Shown: one piece after another, positions 38,299-46,289 of the stretch | How positions within the stretch are numbered: position 1 is the stretch's first letter | Layout: the number at the start of each line of letters is the position of its first letter | DNA from: an uncultured Clostridia bacterium | GTDB taxonomy: Bacteria; Bacillota; Clostridia; Saccharofermentanales; Saccharofermentanaceae | Length of the DNA stretch: 64,000 nucleotides | Direction: 5' to 3' | Assembly: GCA_946529715.1 (NCBI GenBank) | Contig: CAMMZJ010000002.1 | Location: 2,936-66,935 of the forward strand | Made by a program: the position numbers and the translations under genes | Notes under the pieces: model-generated | What the model was told of the DNA's origin: nothing | Databases searched by the model: none | What the model saw: only the letters and a program-made list of their open reading frames with translations

Positions 38299-39579
38299 AT
38301 GAAGGTATTAGTAGTAGGAGGCGGCGGAAGAGAACACGCCATTATCATGAAACTCGCGGAGAGCCCGAAGGTTGACGAGATCTTCTGTGCTCCCGGCAAC
38401 GGCGGTATATCCAAATTCGCCAAGTGCTTTGACGTGAAGGCAACGGATATCGAGGGTATGGTTGCCCTGGCAAAGGAATTAAAGCCCGATATGGTGGTGG
38501 TAGCCCCCGATGATCCCCTGGTACTCGGCATGGTGGATAAGATGAGGGAAGAGGGATTCAAGACCTTCGGTCCCAAGGCTGATGCTGCCATCATCGAAGG
38601 TTCCAAGGTATTCTCCAAGGAACTCATGAAGAAGTACGATATCCCCACGGCTTTCTATGAGGTGTTTACGGAGAGCGAGCCCGCTATCGAATACCTCAAG
38701 AAGCAGAATTCATATCCCGCAGTTATAAAGGCTGACGGACTTGCCCTCGGAAAGGGCGTTATCATCGCTCAGAACGAGGAGGAGGCAGTTTCCGCAGTAC
38801 ATGAGATGATCGATGAACTGAAGTTCGGAAAGAGCTCCAGCCGTATCGTAATAGAGGAATTCCTCACGGGTCCCGAGGTCTCCGTCCTGGCATTTACCGA
38901 CGGACAGACCATGGTCCCCATGATCTCCTCCATGGATCACAAGAGGGCTCTCGATAACGATCAGGGCCTCAATACGGGCGGTATGGGTACCGTATCCCCC
39001 AATCCCTGCTATACGGATGATATAGCAAAGGAATGCATGGAGAAGATCTTCCTTCCCACGATGGATGCCATGAACAAAGAGGGAAGGACCTTTGAAGGTT
39101 GCCTTTACTTCGGCCTTATGATCACACCCAAGGGACCCAAGGTCATCGAGTATAACTGCAGGTTCGGCGATCCCGAGACCCAGGTAGTACTTCCCATGCT
39201 TGATGCGGATCTCTACGAGATCTTTGATGCCATATACGATCACAGGCTCAAGGATGTGGACATCAAGTGGCACGACGGAGCCTGCGCCTGTGTCATCATG
39301 GCTTCAGGCGGATATCCCGAGAAGTATGAGAAGGGTATCCCCATGAAGGGTATGGATGATAAGGGTCAGGTGGAAGGCTGCTTTGTCTACCATGCGGGCA
39401 CCAAGCTTGACGAGAACGGCGGCTTCCTTACAAACGGCGGAAGGGTCATCGGCGTCACCGCAAGGGCCGGGGACCTCAGGAGTGCACTTGATAAGGCCTA
39501 CGAGGGCGTTAAGCACATCGATTTCCGCGGCAAGCATTACAGAACGGATATCGGAAAGAGAGCACTTTCCGCACAATGA
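38299..39579 (+). CDS. purD: Phosphoribosylamine-glycine ligase
   Basis: MKVLVVGGGGREHA and an ATP-grasp core. 426 aa. Confidence 0.95.
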   Translation: MKVLVVGGGGREHAIIMKLAESPKVDEIFCAPGNGGISKFAKCFDVKATDIEGMVALAKELKPDMVVVAPDDPLVLGMVDKMREEGFKTFGPKADAAIIEGSKVFSKELMKKYDIPTAFYEVFTESEPAIEYLKKQNSYPAVIKADGLALGKGVIIAQNEEEAVSAVHEMIDELKFGKSSSRIVIEEFLTGPEVSVLAFTDGQTMVPMISSMDHKRALDNDQGLNTGGMGTVSPNPCYTDDIAKECMEKIFLPTMDAMNKEGRTFEGCLYFGLMITPKGPKVIEYNCRFGDPETQVVLPMLDADLYEIFDAIYDHRLKDVDIKWHDGACACVIMASGGYPEKYEKGIPMKGMDDKGQVEGCFVYHAGTKLDENGGFLTNGGRVIGVTARAGDLRSALDKAYEGVKHIDFRGKHYRTDIGKRALSAQ

Positions 39580-40799
39580 AGATAGGTCTTTTCGGAGGGT
39601 CATTTGACCCTGTCCATAACGGGCATATATCCATGATCAAGGGTGCCCTCAAGAAGACTGACGTGGTCATAGTGATCCCCTCCGTGAGGAATTCCTTCAA
39701 ACGGGGGAGGATCCTTAATGCCGCCCCTTACAGGTACTATGAGACCTTGCATGTGGTGGAGGATATATTCGGAAAGCAGGGCAACGTCCTTGTCTCGGAT
39801 ATCGAGTTCTTCATCGACGGGATCAGCTATACCGTAACGACCATCGAGAAGATAAGACAGATCATTCCCGCGTTCCTCAAGGACCGGGGCTTCGGTAAGA
39901 AGGCCTCGGAACCCCATGAGTTTTATTGGATCTGCGGATCTGATATCCTGCCGACCTTCGACAAGTGGTATAGGCCTGAGGGAATACTGGAGCAGGCGGC
40001 CCTCCTGGTGGCCAAAAGGCCCGGGGACCCAACGGATATCAAGGGGGAGAAGGCCCGGCTCAAGGGGATATTCGGAGAGAACGCGAAGATAAAGACCTTC
40101 GAGATCGACGGGGTGGAGGCATCCTCTTCGGATATAAGATCACGGAGGGGGTTCGAGAAAATACCGAAAAGCGCTTTGGACTTTATCAAGACCCACGACC
40201 TTTTCCCGGAGGATGATCCCCTGGATAAGGTCAGCGACGAGGCCTTCATGTCCTTTTACGAGGCGGCGATATCCATGTACCATGTCCTGGGCGAGAAGAG
40301 GCTCCTCCACACGCTTAACGTGGGGATCTTGTCCGCAAGATATGCGGTAAGGTTCGGGGAGGATCCCGACAAGGCCCTTTTGGCGGGAGCGCTCCACGAC
40401 TGCGCCAAGGAGATAGACATAAAGGATCAGCTCCGCTATGCCCTGGAGCGGTGCCCGGAACTTGCCACCGACGAGAAGCTCTACCACTCTCCCGCGGGAG
40501 CGGTGTTTGCGGGGATCCTTACGGGAGAGGAGCGCGGAGATGTCCTGGACGCCATAACCTATCACACCACGGGAAGAGCCGGTATGACGACCCTGGAGAA
40601 GATCGTATTCCTTGCGGATAAGCTGGAACCCTCCAGGACATATGCGGATCTTACAAAGATCAGAGCGGCCGCGGAAAAGGACCTGGACGAGGCCTGCCGC
40701 ATGACACTTCTGTCCGTCATAGACAAGTTCAGATCCAAGGGAAGGGAGCTCCATCCGTACACCACGGGTTTTGCCTCTGACCTCGGAATAAAGATCTGA
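39576..40799 (+). CDS. nadD: Fusion of nicotinate-nucleotide adenylyltransferase (NadD) with a YqeK-type HD hydrolase
   Basis: N-terminal GLFGGSFDPVHNGH (the (H/T)xGH motif) and ISSSDIR-like SSSDIRS. The C-terminal half has HTLNV...GALHDCAKE and TYHTTGR, typical of YqeK. Confidence 0.85.
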   Translation: MKIGLFGGSFDPVHNGHISMIKGALKKTDVVIVIPSVRNSFKRGRILNAAPYRYYETLHVVEDIFGKQGNVLVSDIEFFIDGISYTVTTIEKIRQIIPAFLKDRGFGKKASEPHEFYWICGSDILPTFDKWYRPEGILEQAALLVAKRPGDPTDIKGEKARLKGIFGENAKIKTFEIDGVEASSSDIRSRRGFEKIPKSALDFIKTHDLFPEDDPLDKVSDEAFMSFYEAAISMYHVLGEKRLLHTLNVGILSARYAVRFGEDPDKALLAGALHDCAKEIDIKDQLRYALERCPELATDEKLYHSPAGAVFAGILTGEERGDVLDAITYHTTGRAGMTTLEKIVFLADKLEPSRTYADLTKIRAAAEKDLDEACRMTLLSVIDKFRSKGRELHPYTTGFASDLGIKI

Positions 40800-40840
40800 G
40801 TTATGGTATACTACAAAAAATGCTTTAAGGAGAATCACTG

Positions 40841-41176
40841 ATGACGAGCAAAGAACTTTCGGACAAGATCGTTACTATCCTCGATTCCAAGAAGGGTATC
40901 GATATCGAAGTGCTGGATGTATCCCAGAAGACAACGCTGGCTGACTATTTCATCGTTGTAAGCGGTAATTCCACGACACAGATCAAGGCCCTTGCCGATG
41001 AGGTCGAATATGTCCTCAAGAAGGAGGATGATCTTTATCCCGATCATATAGAGGGAAGATCCGGTGACAGATGGATACTGATCGACTATAAGGACGTGGT
41101 CGTCAACGTATTCCATCCCGAGGAGCGAGCCAACTATAACATCGAGAAGCTCTGGGAGACCAAGAAGCCCGAATAA
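40841..41176 (+). CDS. rsfS: Ribosome silencing factor
   Basis: 111 aa. DYFIVVSGNSTTQIKALADEV and WILIDYKDVVVNVFHPEER. Confidence 0.9.
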   Translation: MTSKELSDKIVTILDSKKGIDIEVLDVSQKTTLADYFIVVSGNSTTQIKALADEVEYVLKKEDDLYPDHIEGRSGDRWILIDYKDVVVNVFHPEERANYNIEKLWETKKPE

Positions 41177-41190
41177 TACAAAACGACAAG

Positions 41191-41214
41191 GTTTGTAACC
41201 GATTGTAACCATTT
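41191..41214 (+). repeat. 24-nt conserved intergenic motif, copy A (GTTTGTAACCGATTGTAACCATTT)
   Basis: Matches 60156-60179 at 23 of 24 positions. Contains the direct repeat TTGTAACC twice with a 10-nt period. Confidence 0.8.
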
Positions 41215-41265
41215 GTCGGCTTTTTCTCCGTTTTTTAGGTTTATCCTTTGATACGGGTGGACTGT

Positions 41266-41883
41266 ATGAAGACGAAGACGAGAAATGTCATATATACGGC
41301 AGCATTTGTAATTGTCGTTGTTATAGGTCTCATATACAAGTTGTTCCTGTCGGGCAGGACCGACGGGATATATTTCAGCAGTAATGAAAGCGATGCATCT
41401 GATGCGTCGCTTTTCGTAACCGAATCGGAAAGCCGGCCTCTGATGATCTCCGTCTATATCTGCGGAGCCGTTGAAGAGCCGGGAGTATACGAGGTTCCGG
41501 GAGGTTCCATATTAAACGACGTGGTGGTGATGTCCGGGGGCCTTACGGAGGAAGCTGCCCGGGAGAACATCGACCTGGTCAAGATCTTGAACGAGAACGT
41601 ATCGGTCTATATCCCCACGGAAGACGAGATCGACGAGGGATATTCCTCGGCCATTACCATCGGGGCGGTAACGGTGGTGCAAGAGAGTTCATCCGGACTT
41701 ATCAATATAAACAGCGGAAGCTTGCAGGAACTCATGACCCTTCCCGGCATCGGGGAGGCTACGGCCGAGGCGATAATCAGCTACAGGGAACAGACGCCCT
41801 TTGAGAAGACCGAAGACATAATGAACGTATCGGGTATAGGGGAGAGTAAATACGGGAAGATAAAGGATCTGATATGTGTCTGA
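41266..41883 (+). CDS. comEA: Competence protein ComEA (membrane anchor, SLBB-like domain, helix-hairpin-helix DNA-binding domain)
   Basis: N-terminal TM. C-terminal LQELMTLPGIGEATAEAIISYRE...NVSGIGESKYGKIKD. Start taken at MKTKTRN (41266) after GGGTGG; the ORF track starts at a TTG at 41248. Confidence 0.82.
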   Translation: MKTKTRNVIYTAAFVIVVVIGLIYKLFLSGRTDGIYFSSNESDASDASLFVTESESRPLMISVYICGAVEEPGVYEVPGGSILNDVVVMSGGLTEEAARENIDLVKILNENVSVYIPTEDEIDEGYSSAITIGAVTVVQESSSGLININSGSLQELMTLPGIGEATAEAIISYREQTPFEKTEDIMNVSGIGESKYGKIKDLICV

Positions 41884-42891
41884 TCAGGTGTAACCCAGAA
41901 GTCCCCTTACGCTGACTTCTCCGCTCCTGATATCCTCTTCGCTCCCGTCGGTGAATCTGACCTTAAGGGTGTAGTCGGGATTTACCTCAAGGGCCCTGCC
42001 GATCCTGGGTGTCTCGCCGCTGTCGTGGACCGATACCACGCCCACGTCGTGTCCCGTGGTTATGCAGTGCTCCCTGTAGGAAGCCAGGAATAAATCTTCT
42101 CCGCTTCCGAGAAGGGAGGTCATGTTATCCAGTTCCTTTATGAATTCGGCGGCCAGGGCGGCTCTGTAAGTCTTCTTTCCCGTCTCCAGGAAGAGGGAGG
42201 AGGCCTTTTGGCGGATCTCCTCGGGGAAATCCGTTTCCCTCTCGTTTATGTTTATTCCGGTTCCGATGACGATGCTGCTTATAAGTCCGCTCTCGCTCTC
42301 GGAGGAAAGCTCGGTAAGAGTGCCGCTTATCTTCTTTCCGTTAAGTATGATGTCGTTTACCCACTTGACGGAAGGGGTGATACCGCACACCTTTGAGATG
42401 GCATTTATGATGCATACCGAGGTCTTGGCGGTTATGGATGAGATATCCGAGGCGTTCCTTCCGGGGCGTATCAGGTAAGAGAGATAGACACCCTTTCCCT
42501 TGGGGGACTCAAAGGATCTGCCGAGTCTCCCTTTTCCCCTGGTCTGGTGATCGGAAACGACCACGGTCCCCGTGGGGATCTTAGGGGAGGAGGCGATATC
42601 CTTAAGATAGTTGTTGGTGGAATCCACGCTATCAAGGAAGATGACATCCTTCATGCGCTCCTGTCCGAGGAAATGGAGGAGCTCACCATACCCCAGCTTA
42701 TCCGGGCGGTTTTCCAGGAGATACCCTTTTTTGGTGGAGGAACTTATCTTATATCCGTCGTTCCTCAGGGATTTGACCGCGGTGTTGACGGCGGCCCTGC
42801 TGATATCCAGCCTGTTGCTCAGATCTTCTCCGGAAACATACCCCTCGGATTCCAGAAGATAGGATAGGATGTGGTCTCTTGTCGAAAGCAT
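41884..42891 (-). CDS. birA: Bifunctional biotin-protein ligase and biotin operon repressor
   Basis: N-terminal winged HTH SGEDLSNRLDISRAAVNTAVKSLR. Ligase motif RGKGRLGRSF. Confidence 0.9.
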   Translation of the reverse strand: MLSTRDHILSYLLESEGYVSGEDLSNRLDISRAAVNTAVKSLRNDGYKISSSTKKGYLLENRPDKLGYGELLHFLGQERMKDVIFLDSVDSTNNYLKDIASSPKIPTGTVVVSDHQTRGKGRLGRSFESPKGKGVYLSYLIRPGRNASDISSITAKTSVCIINAISKVCGITPSVKWVNDIILNGKKISGTLTELSSESESGLISSIVIGTGININERETDFPEEIRQKASSLFLETGKKTYRAALAAEFIKELDNMTSLLGSGEDLFLASYREHCITTGHDVGVVSVHDSGETPRIGRALEVNPDYTLKVRFTDGSEEDIRSGEVSVRGLLGYT

Positions 42892-42912
42892 GGTTATATT
42901 CTATCACATAAT

Positions 42913-42974
42913 TTGACACCGGGTGGGCGGTGTGCTAGATTATTGTAAATTTAAAAACGAAAGAGGTTTACAAT
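42913..42974 (+). promoter_or_regulatory. bioY promoter with BirA operator
   Basis: -35 TTGACA (42913-42918), 17-nt spacer, -10 TAGATT (42936-42941). Immediately after comes the inverted repeat ATTGTAAA (42942-42949), 17 nt, TTTACAAT (42967-42974). This resembles the E. coli bioO arms TTGTAAACC/GGTTTACAA. The right arm overlaps the bioY ATG. Confidence 0.75.
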
Positions 42975-43500
42975 GAAAACGAAAAATATGGCGATCATCG
43001 CTTTGTGCACCGCTCTCATTATCGTGGGAGCATACATCAAGATACCGCTTCCCACGGTACCTTTGACCTTACAGTGGTTCTTCGTAATGGCGATAGCGGA
43101 CATCATAGGGAAGGGCAGAGCCTCCATCAGTGCCGGACTCTATGTCATCCTGGGTCTGGTGGGTCTTCCCGTATTCACCACCGGAGGCGGATTCTGGTCC
43201 ATTCTGAGCCCCACCTTCGGATATTCCCTGGGATTCATCGTCACGGCCTTCCTTATCGGCTATTTGTCTGAGAAGGGAATGAACCTCTTCCTGGCAAATG
43301 CCATAGGAACGGCCGTCCTCTATGCCCTGGGAGGCGCCTACGGTTACGTTATCCTTAACTTCTTCACCGAGGGCTCGGGCATAACCCTTAAGGCTCTCGT
43401 ATGGTCCTTCATGGTGCTTCCCCTGCCCGGAGATATCATCAAGATAGTTGTGGCATCCATAGTTGCCAAGAGGGTAAAAAAAGCGGTACCCAACATTTAA
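42973..43500 (+). CDS. bioY: Biotin transporter S component
   Basis: 175 aa, about 6 TM. Divergent from birA and preceded by a BirA-type operator. Confidence 0.85.
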   Translation: MKTKNMAIIALCTALIIVGAYIKIPLPTVPLTLQWFFVMAIADIIGKGRASISAGLYVILGLVGLPVFTTGGGFWSILSPTFGYSLGFIVTAFLIGYLSEKGMNLFLANAIGTAVLYALGGAYGYVILNFFTEGSGITLKALVWSFMVLPLPGDIIKIVVASIVAKRVKKAVPNI

Positions 43501-43539
43501 ATCATTGACAACCGGGTCCAAAAGTGACAAAATCCAACT

Positions 43540-43790
43540 GTTATCGATCAAAAGCGATGAAGGGGACACGTGCCCCGTTGTCAGGGTCTTACAGAGAATC
43601 GAAGTCACCGGCTGAAAGCTTCGAAGATCACGGACGGAAGCATACAACCCCGGAGCTGCAGGAGTAAAACCTAAGGGTGTGATCCTCGCCGTTTATCCGC
43701 GTTAAGGTGTAATGAGAGGCGCTAAGGCGCAATTTGGGTGGAACCGTGCAACCATGCACCCCATTTATTACGGGGGCATGGTTTTTTATA
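43540..43790 (+). ncRNA. T-box leader (threonine-specific) with intrinsic terminator
   Basis: K-turn GCGATGAAG. AGAGA box (CAGAGAATC). Distal GGCTGAAAG. Thr codons ACA-ACC at 43644-43649 in the specifier region. T-box sequence AATTTGGGTGGAACCGTGC (43731-43749). Terminator CCATGCACCCC/GGGGGCATGG plus TTTTTT (43752-43787). Candidate promoter TTGACA (43505), 17-nt spacer, TGaCAAAAT. Confidence 0.88.
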
Positions 43791-43819
43791 TGCCCCGAGA
43801 ATGAACGGAGGAAAGAGAA

Positions 43820-45607
43820 ATGGCAGATTTTAACAATGTCGAAGACAGAAAGAAGTTCAGACACACCGCTTCCCATATCATGGCTCAGGCGGTAAAGAGA
43901 CTTTGGCCCGACACGAAGCTCGCCATAGGACCCGCCATCGAGGACGGTTTCTATTACGACTTCGACAGAGAGGAGCCCTTCTCCGAGGATGATCTCAAGA
44001 AGATCGAGGAGGAGATGAAGAAGATAGTCAAGGAGAACCTTCCCCTTGAATACTACGAGCTCCCCAGGGAAGAGGCCAGGAAGTTCATGGAGGAGCGGGG
44101 CGAGATCTACAAGGTCCAGCTTATCGACGACCTTCCCGACGAGGCTACGATCTCCTTCTACAAGCAGGGTGATTTTACTGATCTTTGCAAGGGCCCCCAC
44201 GTTGAGTCCACCGGCGAGATCAAGGCATTTAAGCTTACTTCCATAGCAGGTGCCTACTGGAGGGGAGATTCCAAGAATAAGATGCTCCAGAGGATCTACG
44301 GAACCGCTTTCCCCGACAAGGCTCAGCTCAAGGAGCACCTGGACAAGATCGAAGAAGCCAAGAAGAGGGATCACAATAAGCTGGGCCGTGAGCTGGAATA
44401 CTTCACGACCGTCGATTACATCGGCCAGGGCCTCCCCATCATCCTTCCCAAGGGCGCGAAGACCATTCAGCTCATGCAGAGATGGATCGAGGATCTGGAG
44501 GCATCAAGGGGTTGCCAGCTCACGAAGACACCTTACTTTGCCAAGAGGGATCTTTACAAGATCTCCGGCCACTGGGATCACTACCGTGACGGCATGTTCA
44601 TCATGGGTGACAAGGCCGATCAGGATGACGAGACCAAGGAGTGCTTCGCATTGCGTCCCATGACCTGCCCCTTCCAGTATCAGGTATTCCTCAACAGGCA
44701 GCGTTCCTACAGGGACCTTCCCATGAGACTTACGGAGACCTCCACGCTCTTCCGTAATGAGGATTCCGGTGAGATGCACGGCCTTATCAGAGTAAGACAG
44801 TTCACGATCTCCGAGGGCCACTACATCTTAAGACCCGATCAGTTGGAGTCCGAGTTCAAGGAGTGTCTGGATCTTGCCAAGTACTGCCTTGATACGGTGG
44901 GACTTCTCGAGGATTGTACCTTCCGTTTCTCCCAGTGGGATCCCGCAAACCCGAAGAACAAGTATGAGGGTACGAAGGAGCAGTGGGATCTTGCCCAGGA
45001 GACCATGGGAAGGATCCTTGACGATCTCGGCGTAGAGTATGAGATCGGTATCGACGAGGCAGCCTTCTACGGACCCAAGCTCGATATCCAGTATAAGAAC
45101 GTATTCGGTAAGGAGGATACCCTCGTAACCATCCAGATCGACATGCTCCTTGCAAAGAGCTACGGTATGGAATACGTGGATGCGGACGGAGAGAAGAAGA
45201 CTCCCTATATCATCCACAGAACGAGCCTCGGATGCTATGAGAGGACTCTTGCTTACCTTATCGAGAAGTATGCCGGATGGCTTCCCGTCTGGATGGCCTA
45301 CGAGCAGGCAAGGATCATCCCCGTTTCCGATGCTCATCTGGATTATGCTTACGAAGTTAGAGATCAGCTCAAGAAGCAGGGCTTCAGAGTTGAGGTGGAC
45401 GACAGATCCGAGAAGATGGGCAAGAAGATCAGAGAAGCCGCAAAGGAGAAGGTTCAGTATCTTCTCGTCGTAGGCGATCAGGAGGTTGCCGATAAGTCCG
45501 TATCCGCCAGGGGTCACTTCGAGGGCGACATGGGCACAATGAGCGTCGATGATTTCGCCGCTAAGCTCAAGGAGCTGGTTGACTCCAAGGCTAAGCCCGG
45601 GGCGTGA
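43820..45607 (+). CDS. thrS: Threonyl-tRNA synthetase lacking the N-terminal TGS domain
   Basis: Begins directly in the editing domain (FRHTASHIMAQAVKRLWPDTKLAIGPAIEDGFYYDF). Class II motif 2 is FRNEDSGEMHGLIRVRQF. 595 aa, compared with about 640 for canonical bacterial ThrRS. Confidence 0.92.
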   Translation: MADFNNVEDRKKFRHTASHIMAQAVKRLWPDTKLAIGPAIEDGFYYDFDREEPFSEDDLKKIEEEMKKIVKENLPLEYYELPREEARKFMEERGEIYKVQLIDDLPDEATISFYKQGDFTDLCKGPHVESTGEIKAFKLTSIAGAYWRGDSKNKMLQRIYGTAFPDKAQLKEHLDKIEEAKKRDHNKLGRELEYFTTVDYIGQGLPIILPKGAKTIQLMQRWIEDLEASRGCQLTKTPYFAKRDLYKISGHWDHYRDGMFIMGDKADQDDETKECFALRPMTCPFQYQVFLNRQRSYRDLPMRLTETSTLFRNEDSGEMHGLIRVRQFTISEGHYILRPDQLESEFKECLDLAKYCLDTVGLLEDCTFRFSQWDPANPKNKYEGTKEQWDLAQETMGRILDDLGVEYEIGIDEAAFYGPKLDIQYKNVFGKEDTLVTIQIDMLLAKSYGMEYVDADGEKKTPYIIHRTSLGCYERTLAYLIEKYAGWLPVWMAYEQARIIPVSDAHLDYAYEVRDQLKKQGFRVEVDDRSEKMGKKIREAAKEKVQYLLVVGDQEVADKSVSARGHFEGDMGTMSVDDFAAKLKELVDSKAKPGA

Positions 45608-45608
45608 T

Positions 45609-46289
45609 ATGAAGGACAACTGGGATTCATTTATAAAAAACGAGGAGGAAAAGAGCTACTTTAAGCAGCTCTTTTCTTTTCTCGACAGGGAATACGGGGA
45701 ACATACCTGTTATCCTCCCCGGGAGGATATCTTCGCGGCCTTCGACTTAACGCCGAAGGAAAGGGTCAAGTGCGTGATAATAGGGCAGGACCCTTACCAC
45801 GACGAGGATCAGGCCCACGGTCTTGCCTTTTCCGTCAAGCCCGGGGTCAAGATACCCCCGTCCCTCATGAATATCTATAAGGAACTGGGAAACGAGTTCG
45901 GATACCCGATCCCCGACAACGGATACCTTAAGAAGTGGGCGCAGCAGGGAGTACTCATGCTTAATGCCGTGCTTACGGTAAGAGCCCACGAAGCCGCCTC
46001 CCACAAGGGAAAGGGTTGGGAAATATTCACCGATGAGGTGATAGCGGAGATCAATAAGATCGACCGCCCGGTGGTATTCATGCTCTGGGGATCCTTTGCC
46101 ATCTCGAAGAAAAAGATGCTCGATAACCCGAAGCATCTGATACTTGAAGCCGCCCATCCGTCGCCCCTTTCCGCCTACCGGGGTTTTTTCGGTTGCGATC
46201 ACTTCAAGAAGTGTAACGGGTTTTTGAAAAGCAACGGTATCGAGGAGATAGACTGGCAGATCGACGATATTCAGCCCAGGCTCTTCTGA
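45609..46289 (+). CDS. ung: Uracil-DNA glycosylase
   Basis: GQDPYH and HPSPLSA. Start at MKDNWDS (45609), 1 nt after the thrS stop. Confidence 0.92.
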   Translation: MKDNWDSFIKNEEEKSYFKQLFSFLDREYGEHTCYPPREDIFAAFDLTPKERVKCVIIGQDPYHDEDQAHGLAFSVKPGVKIPPSLMNIYKELGNEFGYPIPDNGYLKKWAQQGVLMLNAVLTVRAHEAASHKGKGWEIFTDEVIAEINKIDRPVVFMLWGSFAISKKKMLDNPKHLILEAAHPSPLSAYRGFFGCDHFKKCNGFLKSNGIEEIDWQIDDIQPRLF

